Positions 23,137 through 36,521 of a stretch of DNA of 64,000 nucleotides are shown here, piece by piece. Location of the stretch: assembly GCA_013239625.1 (NCBI GenBank), contig MU054338.1, positions 5,680,724 to 5,744,723 on the forward strand. Reading direction: 5' to 3'. The DNA is from Lama guanicoe (taxonomy: Eukaryota). Position 1 is the first letter of the stretch; each line of letters opens with the position of its first letter. Under the pieces are notes generated by a model. The model had not been told where the DNA came from and did no database searches. It saw nothing but the letters and a program-made list of their open reading frames with translations. The translations under genes were made by a program, and so were the position numbers.

Positions 23137-24274
23137 GGTCTTATATCGTAAGTCTCTATCACATTTTTGGCTTTTAAACAATAAACCAGTCAGATACATA
23201 ATAGTATATGTTTATTCATTCTAAAACTGCTTTACCTCTATTTATGAAGAAATTCTCACCTCTTGTTTTAGGAGTGTCTGTGTACAACTACCCTCAGTCA
23301 TCAAGACTTACAGGTAGGCATTCTGTCTCATTTTAATGGCTGTCCTCAAAGCTTTTACACTTGAATCTAGCCATTTCTTCCATCATTAAGTATACAGTAA
23401 GCACATCCTTATTGCTTCAGCCACTCCTCTATCCCACCACTTCTTATAACTAAGAACTTTTCAAATTATTCTTTATTGTATTTCTCTGTTTTGTTTTATT
23501 AACTTAGCAGTGAGTGCAAAAACTTAACAATTGGGTAAAATATCTAAGTTATATCTCATTTCCCCATGTTTTATTTTAGATATTTTAAAGTTAAAATTTT
23601 TTATTTTGGCTTAGTTTTTTCTGAAAGCAGTAGTTAGCCAACTTTAAAAAGTTGTAATGCATTCTCCTTAAGTCATTTTAAATCATCATTTTCCAACTTA
23701 CATGAAATGGCAGCTTCATTAAATTCTAAACTTTTATATATACATGAGGTTGACACAACCTGGATTACCTTTTTTCCTCTTCAGTTTGTTGGGTTTTTCC
23801 CCTCAATAACAGAGAGTATCTGATATATTCCTCTTTTCACTTTTTCCCTCATAGTTCTTTTTTTCCTCCAGAAAAGTTCGTACGTTTTTCTTGAAACATT
23901 CCCTTTCCTGTGAATTTGAGAATCAGTGTCTTTACTGTCTAAAATTAGATTCTGCTTGTAACTTTATTACTTTGATTCAAGTACTTTGGTTGAAAATGAA
24001 CTCTTTACAAGAGTATAAGCATTAATAAATATGGTACATATTTATTTAAGGATTTCATTTCCTCTCATATTGCTTTATGTTTTGTATCACTTTTTCCATT
24101 GCACTTATTTAAAATTCATTGATTTTTTATTATGTTTATTATTATCTTCCTTTTGTTTGCTCTAAGTTTATTTTCCTACTTTTTTTTTTACTATGTTGAG
24201 GTGGGAGCTTTGAATATTAATTTCAGACATTTCTCTTTTTTGTACTTTTTTCCCATACATAAACTTTCTTTAAA

Positions 24275-24770
24275 TTAGAGTGTATAGTCAGTTTACAATG
24301 TTGTGTCAATTTCTAGTATACAGTGTAATGTTTCAGTCATACATATACATACATATATTCCTTTTCATATTCTTTTTCATTATAGGTTACTGCAAGATAT
24401 TGAATATAGTTCCCTGTGCTATAAACATGTTTATCTATTTTATATACAGTAGTATCTGCATATCTCAAACTTCCAATCTGTCCCTTCCCACCCCCACCCC
24501 CCTGGTAATCATATGTTTGCCTTCTACGTCTATGAGTCTGTCTCTGTTTTGTAAGTAAGTTTGTTTGTGGGGTTTTTTTTTAGATTCCACATATGAGTGA
24601 TACCATATGGTATTTTTCTTTCTCTTTCCTGCTTACATCACTTAGAATGACAATCTCTAGGTCCATCCATGTGGCTGCAAATGGTTTTATTATTTTTATG
24701 GCTGAGTAGTATTCCATTGTATAAATATACCACAACTTCTCTATCCAGTTGTCTCTTGATGGACACAAAG
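24275..24770 (-). mobile_element. Young LINE-1 3' end
   Basis: Minus-strand WIEKLWYIYTMEYYSAIK...FAATWMDLEIVILS (ORF2 end) plus 3'UTR. Confidence 0.9.
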
Positions 24771-25849
24771 TGAACCTTTTAAAATAAATTCTTCCTAGAA
24801 TTTGATGATCCCTTTGGAATGTGTTTGGTGTTTTTGTGTGTCTATACACATATATCTCAAGTAAATACTTCAAGCCTTATGAAAAACTACATCCCCCAGT
24901 CTTTCCTCTGACTCCCACAAACAAGTTCTTTGTTTTTCTGGTTGTAATTCTATATTTCTAAATTAGCTACCTATACGGCTTTTTCACTTTTCAGCTTTTG
25001 ATTTTTTTCTAATTACTTTCGTCTCTGAAAAAATTAGCATGTAGTTCTCATGCTATCTTAAAACTTAATTCCCCTTGCCCAATATAATTATATAATAAAT
25101 TAGGATAAATCAAAAGTCAGTGTCTACTGTTTTACTACATAAATGTTCACCATTTCATGACATGAATCTGATTCAGAGGTAGATCAGGTAGGATATTATG
25201 AATGTATTTTCTTTCTCATTTTTTCCTTTGGATCTTTTAAATGATAAAATCCCCTGGTTTCTTTGTTTTATTCCTATCAGTAGTTAATCATTGGTTCATC
25301 TCTCTCCAGCATAAATTTAAATCTCTTTTCAGTAGATTCAGATGCATGAGACAATTTATCAGCTTCAGTTTTTGTTTGGGGACACCCCTCTTGGGCTTGT
25401 ACATACATATATACACTGTACATGGAGGGGCTGTATATGGAAGGTTAGAAGGGAAAACGATATTTATCTCTGGGCAAAAGGACTGGGGAAGGGTATGGGA
25501 GTGAGAATATTCTACTGACTGCACCACTGTTTGAAGATTTTCTATGTGTGTATCTATGACTTAGCACACCCCCCCTAAATTAAGATGAAATAGCTTTAGA
25601 TCCCTATCTACTGGCTTGGGACAGCAAGTTAACGAGAAATGTGAATATATGATCCAATTAAAAAAAATTAAGAACAGCAATTGTGCGCGCACACACACAC
25701 ACACACACACACGCACACTCCTGAATATGAGTATGTCGTTTTATTGGGTTTCTGCGAACATGGAAAAAGTTGTTTGTTTAGCATCCTTCTACCTGTACAG
25801 TCCGGGAAATCCATGGAAAGCCCCGCCTTCACCCCTGTCCCTGGAGTTT

Positions 25850-26600
25850 CTCTATCAACGTCCTGCCCGCCCTGCCTATTCCAGCCCCATCCCCGCCTTA
25901 CCCCCACGCCCCGGAATTGGTCTCCGCCCACCGTCAGGCCCTAGCACCGCCCCCCAGGTCCGGCACCCAGCCATAGCTCCGCCCACAGCCGCGTCCCGGA
26001 ACGGGTGTCCGCCCACAGCCCTGCCCTCCGGGCATGGTTCCGCCCAGAAACTGGTACCTGCCCACAGCCCCGCTCCTATAAGTGGTCTCAGTCCTTGGTG
26101 CTGACGCAGCTGACGGCCCAGCCTTGCACTCAGCAAACTAGAACACCTGGTCCGAGACTTGGGCGCAAGGTACCCGCCCCCCCGCCCGACTCCACAGCCG
26201 CCTCAACCCGGAGCCCCACGGCGTCCTGCTGTCCCCGGCGGCCAGGCGCCGGAAATTGAAGCCCCGGGCTGTCTGCCCGAGACCGGAAGCGGAAGTGCGG
26301 GGTGGTGCTGAGGAAGGAGTTGCGAGGTGGCTGCCTACGCTGTGTGGTGTCTTCTCCGCGGGGGTCGGGATTCACGTGGTACGTTCGGCCTCAAAGCGAG
26401 GGACAGGACTCTGTGAGCGGCGGGCAGTCCCGGGGCTCCCATAGGAGTCCAGGGAGGGGCATGGGCCTGGGGCACCCCAGTCAGGGGCTCCGGCGTCCCT
26501 CCCCCTTCCCCGTGAGCCCCGTTTTCACTCCTGGGGGCCTTAGGCTGTTCCTGCGGTCGGCCCATACCCTCCGTTTCCTCCTGGCTCTGGGTGCCGCCGT
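25850..26600 (+). promoter_or_regulatory. CpG-island promoter and first non-coding exon of ZNF558
   Basis: CpG-dense; multiple GC boxes (CCGCCC); tandem ETS/GABPA motif CCGGAAGCGGAAGTG at 26283-26297; candidate donor GTGAGC near 26415. Confidence 0.8.
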
Positions 26601-26624
26601 TCACTCCTCAAAAAGCCCCTCCCC

Positions 26625-26830
26625 ATCACCTTTCCCTGGTGTGATTTTGCCTCCTAGTGGACTTTTAGTCACGTCTGGAGGCATTGTTTTGGTTGTTACA
26701 AATGGGAGGGGCTGCTAGTGGCTTCTAGTGGGTGGAGGCCAGGGATCCTGCTGGACATCCTCCTATGCACTAAAGGGTCCCCGTGACAAAGCATTATCAG
26801 TAGTGCCGAGGTTTGGAAATCCTGCTCTAG
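26625..26830. mobile_element. MER20 hAT DNA transposon
   Basis: gtgattttgcctcc...gtctggaggcattgttttggttgttacaaatgggagggg...ggtggaggccagggatcctgct...gccgaggtttggaaatcctgctcta. Confidence 0.75.
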
Positions 26831-27195
26831 GGTCTTAAAATCTTCAAAGCCCTGAAGGAGCTTAAAGGTTAGCGGAGTCACTTTTAGCGCCCCTGAGTGA
26901 CAAGTCGTGTTAAAAGTGTCGGGAGTCAGCAAACAAATCTCTGTCCAGCCAAGTAAGTTGAGCAAGGCAAACGCACACCGCATGAAGCTGCTATCTCCCG
27001 CTTGGGGAGCAGATGGCTGGACAGGAATCAGGAAAATCCAGTCATGGCCAACGATTACGTTAAATCAATACAGTTAATACAAAAAAGAAAAGGGAGTAGT
27101 GTGGCTTTTCCATCTAGCAACTGTATTATGTATGCCCTATAAAAGGCCTCAAAAGAAATCTTTATACCCTTTTTCTTTTTCTCCCCCAACCCCAG

Positions 27196-27285
27196 GCAAG
27201 TAAAGCATCTCTGGAGCTCAAGTTTGAGTTGAAACAAGCCTCCAGGTTCCCCTGTCTTCACTGATCTGTGGGTTTGTGTGACCAG
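27196..27285 (+). other. Candidate 5'UTR exon of ZNF558
   Basis: Polypyrimidine tract plus cccAG acceptor at 27195 and strong CAG|GTGAGT donor at 27285. Confidence 0.5.
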
Positions 27286-27880
27286 GTGAGTACTGTGAAA
27301 CAACAGGTTCCAGCAGCCTCTGCTGCGCAGAACTGCTTAATAGGCCTTCCCTGTGCTCAGATTGTAAACACAGCTTGTCGCTAAGAGTGAGAATATCTTC
27401 AGAAAAATTATTTATGTTTGATGGATTATATTCAAGGGAAAGATAGTAAGATGTGTGGTTATGCATGTGTAAATAATTTAGTAAATACAGTTATGTACAA
27501 TAAGTACACATTAAACAGACAGGTAAATATAAATAAGTATAACAGAAATACAGATTTATTTGTATTCCATACTACTAAAAAAATTCAGGATTTTATATGT
27601 AAGTATAAACATATAAACTTTTTATGTGGATATGTAGTATCATAAGTCACCCCACTAAAGACTAGCAGGAACACTCAGCAGCGTTCCTCAGATCCCGCTC
27701 AGTTTGACTTTGAAAGCCCTATGAATCCTCCACAAAGATTCAAAATACAGGGGCACATGGGTGAAAAATAATTTAAACTTATGTATATTAGTAGCAGAAG
27801 TTTAAAAATGACTTGACCAGCAACCAGATGTATTTTGAGCAAGTGTTTTCTGTTTGGTCTTGTTTTTTCTCAATGAGATT

Positions 27881-28017
27881 TTTTTTAATTTTTATTTTTT
27901 GTGTTCCTTTGGGGGCGGGATTAGGTTTGTTTGTTTGTTTATTATTGTTTTTTTAAATTTAACGGACGTACTGGAAATTGAACCCATGACCTCGTAGCAT
28001 GTGCTACCCTCTCCTCT
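27881..28017 (-). mobile_element. Partial Vic-1-like SINE
   Basis: Reverse B box (gtactggaaattgaacccatgacc), T-rich tail, and TSD aatgagattt on both sides. Confidence 0.7.
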
Positions 28018-28397
28018 TTAATGAGATTTAAAATCAGTTGGAGGAATACTAAGCAACAACTTACAGATTGAAGGCTAGGGCAGTAGTTTCCAAAGATTGT
28101 GCTCTACACCTCGCCTTATAATAACAATTAACTTTGTTTCTGCAAACTTTTCTGAAATAACAATCTGGTGATTGATCTTGCAGAGAATGATATTGAATAA
28201 TTTTATATTTAATTGTTGGGTTTTACTAATTGCATATGCTTGTGTGTGTGCCTTTTTTCACTCTATCTTTCCTGTAACATTCTTAAGGGGAATGTTTGCT
28301 TGTCATGCAGTAGATATTCTCTGAGTGCACAACCAACCTTCCTCTTTTATTTAGGACTGAGGGGTTTGCCAGGACACAGGACATTTAGGGTCCAAAC

Positions 28398-28989
28398 TGT
28401 TACCAGAGAGCAGATTCTTGGCTCATCACAGAAGGAATTCAGAGACAAGACAGAGTGGTCCCAGCAAGGATTTACTAAGAGATAGAACACTCTCACGGGG
28501 AGAACGGGCAGACTCAGGTGAGAAGCGGCACTGAGTTTCTTTGGCAAGTTGGTTATTTGAAGTGTGAAAATGAATGGGCAAAATATTCATCGGGAGGAAG
28601 GGCTTTGGGGTCACATTTCCTGATTTTCATTCCAGCTCCACCTTACCCAGGGGAAGAGGGATTTTTTGTCATTTAGTCTTGATCGAAAGTGTCATGGCAT
28701 TGGTGCATAATGGGTACTTCTTATTTACAAGGTTTATTTTATTGTAACGAGGGCATAATGAGCAAAAGGTTATATTCAGATGCCAGAGATTTCTGCCCTT
28801 TCCCACCTTTCTTTGTCTGTCTCTAGGATCCTTGTCACCCCAAAATATGTGGTTTCCTGTCAGTCCAGAGGTTCCTGCTTTTCTTTGTCTGCCCAAGGAT
28901 CCCTGTTGTTTACAAGATGTATGTTTTCCTGCCATTTGGGCCGTGCCCCCCTTTCTCTGCTCATATCTAGCTATCTGCCTGTTCTAACA
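28398..28989 (-). mobile_element. Solo ERV1-type LTR with 4-bp TSD
   Basis: Starts TGTTA and ends TAACA; TSD aaac at 28394-28397 and 28990-28993; 592 bp. It interrupts an older MER94/MER81-like hAT element. Confidence 0.85.
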
Positions 28990-30059
28990 AAACTAGGACT
29001 AGGACTCTAGGCAAACCAGGATGGTTCATCATCTCCATGAGCCAGGCCCTGGGCCAGATGCATAGGAACCCTGGAGATCCAAACAGACTTTGCCCTGCCT
29101 CTGTGGAACTTATATTCTAATAGGGAATTTGGATTTCAAACAATTAAAGACGAGAGTGATGGGAGAGCTTGGCACAGAGGACTCAACCTGAGGGAACAGG
29201 GAAGCCCTCCTGAGAAGAACTGATGCTTGTGTGAAAGAGCTGAAGTCGGGACTGGATTTCACTAGTCGTAGGGCTCAACAGAGCTTTTCAGGCAGAGGGA
29301 ACTGTATGCGGACAGCCTCTGAAGCAGAGAGCCTGGTGTGCTCCCTGACCTGATAAGACAGGGGTGGCTGAGCCAAGCCAACCAAGGAAAACAGTTGTGA
29401 GCCAGACTGAAGAGGTGGGCAGGCAGGACCAGATCAGGCATTACTTTGAACTCTGTTCTGAGACCAGTGGGAAGACACCAAAGAGGTGTGAGCAGAAGGC
29501 TGACTGACCTATGCACGTGGGTTAAAATGGACTTCAGGATTAAGAATGAAGACTTGAGAGGCAAGATGGGCAATGTTAGGGAGAAGTTTAGGAGTCGATG
29601 ATTGTTCCCTAAGCCTACGTGATGGCTGTGGAGTTGGAAAGAAGTAGAAAGAAGACACCTGGGAGTTTAGAACTGAGAGAGTGTAATGGCGTTTCCATTC
29701 ACGTGTGCATTTGTCAGATGGCACAGGACACTTAAACTGTGCTCCCAGCTGCTGTCTGTGCGAACCCGCAGCCTTTCCCGCACCCAGGCCCCATTTCACC
29801 CCACTTTGCCTCTCACAGGGCCCCTTCTCTACAAGCCAGAAGAAGTCAGACCTGAGTGTGTCTAGGGCTGGACCGTCAACTACATTAGCCATTAGCCACA
29901 TGTAGCTATTTCAATTAAACCAGTGAAAAATGCAATTAAAAAATTGATTTTCTCAGTCCTACTAGCCACATCTCAAGTAGCCACATGTGACTAGTACCTG
30001 CCATGTTGGACAGAGACATACAGAACATTTCTTTCTTTAAAAAAATTTTTTAATTCAAT

Positions 30060-32712
30060 TTAAAATTTAAAAAACCCCACAGTTCACCCATTTCTCCCAC
30101 CTATCCATCCCCCACCTCTTGCAACCACCAGTCTGTTCTTTTTATCTCTGAGCTTGATTTTGTTGTGGTTGTTATTGTTTAGATTTTGTGTATAAGAAAG
30201 ATCACTCTATTTTTGTCTTTCTCTGTCTGACTTACCTCACTTAGCAAAATGCCTTCGGGGTCCATCCATGTTGTGGCAAATGACAAGATTTCATTCATTT
30301 TATGGCTGGATAATATTCCATTGTATGTATACCACAGTTGCTTTATCCATTCATTCACTGATGAATCCTTAGGTTGTTTCTGTATCTTGGTATTGTGAAT
30401 AATGCAGCAATAAACATGGAGCTATATCTATAGCTTTTGGGGGGGTACTTAGGCTTATTTATTTATTTTTAATGGAGGTACTGGGGATTGAACCCAGGGC
30501 CCCCTGCATGCTAGGCACGCACTCTACCGTTGAGCTATACCCTCCCCATCTGTATCTTTTTGAATAGTGTTTTTTGTTTTCTTCTGATAAATACCCAGAA
30601 GTAGAACTGGTGGATCACATGGTAGTTCTGTTTTGATTTTTTGAGGAACCTCCAAACTGCTTTCCAGAGTGGTTGCACCAGTTTACATTCCTACTAACAG
30701 TGCTCTGTGGTTCTCTTTTCTCCACATCCTCACCAATACTTGCTATTTCTTGTCTTTTTGATAGTAGCCATTCTAACAGGTGTGAGATGATAGTTTTGAT
30801 CTTATAGTTTTGATTGACATTTTCCTGATGATTAATGATGTTGAGCATCTTTTCATGTATCTGTTGCTGAGCATGTTTTCATGTCATCAGTCATCTTTGG
30901 AAAATGTCTATTGGGATCTTTTGCCCATTTTTTAATCTGACTTTTTCTTCTTTTTTTTTCTTTTTTTGCTATTGAGTTGTGTGAATTTTTTGTATACTTT
31001 TATCATTAGCTCCTTATCAGATATCTGATTTGCAATTATTTGCTTCAGTGTAGTAGATTGCCTTTTCATTTTGTTAATGGTTTCCTGTGCTGTGCAGAAG
31101 CTTTTTAGTTTTATGTAGTCTCACTTGTTTATTCTTGCTTTTGTTACTTTTGCTTTTGGTGTCAGATTCAAAAAATCATTGCCCATGTGAAGGAGCTTAC
31201 ATTTTCCTCTAGGAGTTTTGTGGTTACAGGATTTATGTTCAAGTCTTTAATTAATCCATTTTGAGTTAATTTTTGTGTATGGTGTGAGATAGTGGTACAG
31301 TTTCATTCTTTTGCATTCGGCTGTCCTGTTTTCCCAGCAGTGTTCTTTGAAGAGACTGTCCTTTCCTCATTGTATATTCTTGGCTCCTTTGTCATAAATT
31401 AATTGGCCACATGTGAGTGGGTTTATTTCAGTGCTCTCTATTCTGTTTCCTTGATCTATGTGTCTGTTTTTATGCTAATACCATGCTATTTTAATTACTG
31501 TAGCTTTGTAATGTAGTTTGAAATCAGAAAGTGTGATGCCTCTAGCTTTGTTCTTTCTCAAGATTGCTTTTATGGTTTCATAGAAATTTTAGGATTGTTT
31601 GTTCTATTTCTGTGAAAAATATCATTGGAATTTTGATAGGGATTGCCCTGAATGTATATATTGCTTAGAGTAGTATGGACATTATAACATTAATTCTCCC
31701 AAGCCATGAGCACAGAATATCTTTCTATTATTTGTGTCTTCTTCAGTTTCTTCCATTAATGTCTTGTGGCTTTCAATATATAAATCTTTCACACCCTTGG
31801 TTAAATTTACTCCTAGGTATTTTATTCTTTTTGATGCAGTTACAAGTGGGATTGTTTTCTTAATTTTGCTTTCTGATAGGTCATTATTAGTGTAAAGAAA
31901 CAACAGATTTTTGTGTAATGATTTTGTATCCTGCAACTTTACTAAATTCATTTATTAATTCAAAGTTTTTTTAATGAAGTCTTCAGAGTTTTTTATATAT
32001 TAAATCATGCCATCTGTAAATAGGGAAAAAGCTTAACTTTTTGCTTTCCAATTTGAATGGCTTTCATTTCTTTTTCTTGCCTAGTTGCTCTGGCTAAGAC
32101 TTCCAGTACTATGTTGAATAAAAGTGGCAAGAGTGTAGGCATCCTCGTCTTGTTCCTGATCTTAGGGGGAAAGCTTTGAGCTTGTCACCATTGAGTGTGA
32201 TGTTAGCTATGGGCTTGTCGTATATGCCCTTTATTATGTTGAGGTATGCTTCCTCTATACCTGCTTTGTGGAGAGTTTTTATCATAAATGGATGCTGAAT
32301 TTTTTCAAGTGCTTTTTTCTACATCTGTTGAAATGATCATATGATTTTTATTCTTCATTTTGTTTATGTGGTGTATTATGTTGTCTGATTTGCAGATGGT
32401 GAGCCATCCTTGCATCCCTGGACTAAATCCCACTTGATCAGGGTGTATGATCCTTTTAATTTATTGTTGAATTTGATTTGCTAAAATTTTGTTGAGGATT
32501 TTTACATCTGTGTTCATTAGGGATGTGAACCTGTAATTTGTGTGTGTGTGGCTTCCTTGTCTGTGTGTGGCTTCAATATCGGGATAATACTTTCCTTGTA
32601 AACTGTGTTTGGAAGAATTCCCTCTTCTGTTTTTTGCATGAGTTTGAGAAGAATTGATATTAGTTCTTCTTTGACTGTTTGGTAAAATTTATCTGTGAGG
32701 CTGCTTGGAGCA
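30060..32712 (-). mobile_element. LINE-1 ORF2/3'UTR fragment (about 2.6 kb) in a ZNF558 5' intron
   Basis: Minus-strand ORF2 remnants (RIKYLGVNLTKGVKDLY; FYQTVKEELISILLKL..LPNTVY) and 3'UTR. Confidence 0.92.
30435..30547 (-). mobile_element. Vic-1-like SINE nested in L1
   Basis: Reverse complement of ggggagggtatagctcaacggtagagtgcgtgcctagcatgcagg...ctgggttcaatccccagtacctcc. Confidence 0.88.
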
Positions 32713-33548
32713 GACAGATGATTGGAGTCATGCCTGGGTGGAGTTCTGCTGAGCCAGAAGAAAGGGGGAGGTGGGGATAAGGACATTTGTTGAAATGAGG
32801 GACAGTGAGATCCAAGTGGGGTGAGTATGGAATGAGGGGAGGTGGCTCTAGCAGGAGAGTAGGGGACCAGGTGGGCTGAGTCCTGTGTGTGGTGTGTGTG
32901 GGAGAAGAACACGTATAGTGAAAGAAAACCATGAATGAACAAGGTCGAAGTTTAGTAGGTTGGCTCCAGAGAGGGGGATTTCTGACCTGTTGTTCTGGAT
33001 GGCAGAATTGTGTCGGGGGATGACAACATCTGGGGTGGTGCCCAGGGAAGTGTGTGGCCAAGGTGGAGTGGGGACAGGTGTGTAATACTCGTGAGGGTCA
33101 CCGCATATGCCCTAACGCCATCCGAGTGAGGTGGGACGGGTGGTTGAAAGAATAATGGGAGTCAGGGGCCAGAGTCTGCTGTGAATAAGGGATTGTCACT
33201 GGGAATGTGCTTGTGACAACCACGTGGATGGGAAGAATATGCCCTGAGGCTCAGCCAAGCAGAGGTTTTAAGGCGGGTGGCGCAGTAGCCACCGTTGTGG
33301 GCAGAGGAGGACAAGTTTTACCATCATGTGGTCCTGAGTTCACCACCTGCTAAGCAAAATAAAGGCCCACTATTAAAATACATTACATTTTGAAGGAGGA
33401 CGTGGTGGACAGGCTAAGAAAGATTCATCCTCAGTAGCCTGGAGAGGGAGATTGATTGTAGATACTTTGTGCTTTCCGATTTATTCCAGAGCCCTGTCCT
33501 GAGTGCACTGTGGGGATAAGAGGAGGAACGTAGTGTCTGAGTCACAAG

Positions 33549-33579
33549 ATGGCGGCCATGGTTCTGTCCCCAACTTGTG
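33549..33579 (+). CDS. ZNF558: ZNF558 coding exon 1 (MAAMVLSPTC)
   Basis: caagATGGCGGCC start, G|GTGAGT donor, acceptor at 33489; matches the recalled human N-terminus MAAVILPST. Confidence 0.85.
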
Positions 33580-34014
33580 GTGAGTTTGGGGACCAGCCCT
33601 CAGAGTCCAGATATTAAAGGCCCCTGCACCACAGAGCGGGTAGAGGGAAGAGGCTGAGCAGGGGAGGCGGGCGTGTTACCCCAGGAGCCCCAAGGTCGCT
33701 GTACCTGGCTCTGTGGTTCCTGGGATTTGGGGCTTAGCTGGTTTGAGTATCTGAGGAGATGTCACCTGTGTGCTGAATGTGTGAGAGCTTTTGAATTATA
33801 CTTCTGATTCTTTCTATACACTTGAAAAAATAACAGTGGTGTCCTTTGGGACTTCAGTTTCTTCATCTGCAAAATGGAAATAGTAATCTTTTCCTCCAGT
33901 GCAGTAAGACCCTTGGCCCTGTTTTCTGGCCCTGCATGAGACTGTGCTCTGTTCTGGTTTCCTATGGAAGCTGGTGTGTGTGTACACATTCTTGGGACAT
34001 TTCTTCTTCTCCAG

Positions 34015-34103
34015 CTCAGGCTTCCCTGTACCCAGCTTCTCCTCCAAAAGGATGCCCGGAGCGGGACGGGTTGGCTAACGGCTTCCTGACAAGCTGGTTA
34101 CAG
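34015..34103 (+). CDS. ZNF558: ZNF558 coding exon 2
   Basis: ttcttctccAG acceptor and CAG|GTGAGC donor; encodes AQASLYPASPPKG...NGFLTSWLQ; phases are compatible. Confidence 0.88.
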
Positions 34104-34706
34104 GTGAGCCAGATACTCCTTTTTCCAAATCGTTATTCCTTTGACTGAAAGTTGGACTTGTTATTCTTCATTGACCTGGAGTCTCAGAGCCAAATCAGGT
34201 CTTCAGGCATCCAAGGGAGAGTTCAGGGCAGCCCAAACAGTGTCAGCATACGTCAGTATTTCCTACAACACAGGGCTTCCTCCAGGGTCACTGTCTACAT
34301 CATGTTCTGCTGGGAGTTTTAAGGGGAAATTAAGGAAAGACATGGCTGTGTCCTAAACTCAAACAGTTGATGATGGCCACTGGGGCATCATGCATACATT
34401 TACCAAGTATTTCTCTGATTTCTGCAGTGTCCTAGGCATGTACCCAACCTTTGAGATTGAGGTGAATTCAATTGCAGAATTTCACAGACTCACTGGAAAA
34501 GAAAATCACCTGTGTGTTAGAGGCGCACTGCACCTTGGGAGTGAGCATAAGTAGACAGGAGATGGGCATTCGGGACTAAGCCTAGGAGTAGTTGAGAGCA
34601 GAGCTCAAACCCTACCAGTACATCTTCTGCTTTGGATTCACCATTCCTTCGCCTGTCATCCTTGGCTCTTTTCCTGTCAGCTGTGCTGGGGGTGGTCTTT
34701 GGCTAA

Positions 34707-34886
<180 letters not shown>

Positions 34887-34904
34887 TAATGACTCAGGTA
34901 ACAA

Positions 34905-36110
34905 GCCTTTTTTAAAATTTGAGGTATCTCTCATTCATATAACATGAAATCCACCATTTTAATCATTTTAAAGTGGCTTTTGATATATTAACAGTTTTTT
35001 GCAGCCATCAACACTGTCTAATTTCAGAACATTCTCATCACCTCTAAAAGAAACTTGTATCCATTAAATAGTCAGTACCCATTACCCTCCCCACTCCCCA
35101 CTGTGGGCAACCACTAATTTGCTTTCTGTCTCTATGGATTTGTCTATTCAAAACATTTCGTATCATCGGAATTAAAAAATGTGTGATCTTTCATATCTGT
35201 TTCTTTCATCGACTCAATGTTTAAAGGTTTAGTTATGTTATAGCATGTATAGTTTCTTTATTCCTTTTTATTACTGAATAATATTCCATTTTATGGATAT
35301 GCCACGTTTTGTTTATCCATTCATTGGTTGATAAACATTTGGGTGGTTTCCACTTACTGACTGTTGTAAATAATGCTGCTTTGAATATTTGTGTACAAGT
35401 CTTTCTTCACACACTTGTTTTCAGTTCTCTTGGGTGTATATCTAGGAATGGAATGCTGGGTTTTGTATTACTATATTTAGCTTTTTGAGGAACTGCCAAA
35501 CTTTTTTCAGCAGCAGCCTCAGTTTACTACGGTCCCAGTTTCTCCGTATCTTCTCCAACACTTGCTTTTCTGATTGTAGCCGTCCTCTTGGGTATGAAGC
35601 GGTATCTCCCTGTTCTCACTGCTGTTTTGGTTTGCATTTCCCTAACTACAAATCACTGAGCATTTTTTCATGTAATTGTTGGCTATTTGTGTATCGTTTT
35701 TGGAGAAATGTCTATTCAGGTTCTTTGCCCATTTTTTAATTAGTTTGTTTATCTTTTGTGTTCTTGGGTTGTAGAGGTTTATTATATTCTGAATACTAGA
35801 CCCTATTTGCAAATGATGTCTCCCATTCTATGGTATATTTTTGTTTCCTTGATACTGTACTTTGATACACAAAGTCTTAATTTTGATGAAGTCCAATGTA
35901 TGTACTTCTTTCTTTTCTTTCTTGTTCTTTTGGTATCATACCTAATTATTCCCAAATCCAAGGTCTTGAAAATTTACCTCTGTTTTCCTCCAGAAATTTT
36001 CTAGTTTTAGCTCTTCAGTTAAATCTTTTATCGATTTTGAGTTAATTTTTATATGGTTTAGAGAAGGTATCAACTTCATTCCTTTACATGCATTCAATTG
36101 TCCCAGCACC
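34905..36110 (-). mobile_element. LINE-1 (L1MB-like) 3' fragment in a ZNF558 intron
   Basis: gggcaaccactaatttgctttctgtctctatggatttg, tttttgaggaactgccaaac and tggagaaatgtctattcagg. Confidence 0.85.
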
Positions 36111-36425
36111 ATAGAGCTTTCTCTTTAATGCCTTCTCTAATGAACTGAATATTTATTTCTTACCCTGACTCTTAAAAGCTTTATAGCTTTTATATTTAAA
36201 AGCTTTATAGCTTTGAAGTATGTATTTAAACTTGGCCATGGACTCTGGTACTATATTTGACCTGTCACCCTGGTATTGAATCAGGTTGCTTGTATTTTTG
36301 TTTCCTGAGACTTACTAAATTCAGTAGCCACACTTGCACATCTTCAGGATTGTTGGCTTCAGTTTCATGAAGTTGCTTGTCACCTGCATGGTCCCCTGCA
36401 ACATGTGTCTTTTCTCCGTAAATAG

Positions 36426-36521
36426 GGTATCATGTTGATAAACCCAGTCTCATCTCCCAGTTGGAGCAAGAAGACAAGGTGATGACAGAGGAGAGAGGAA
36501 TTCTCCCAGGCACCTGTCCAG
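36426..36521 (+). CDS. ZNF558: ZNF558 KRAB-B exon
   Basis: 96 bp, AG/GT bounded; GYHVDKPSLISQLEQEDKVMTEERGILPGTCP. Confidence 0.93.

Noticed and set aside
25616..26718. Pro/Arg-rich ORFs in the CpG island
   Set aside because: Expected from GC content at a promoter; no homology signal.
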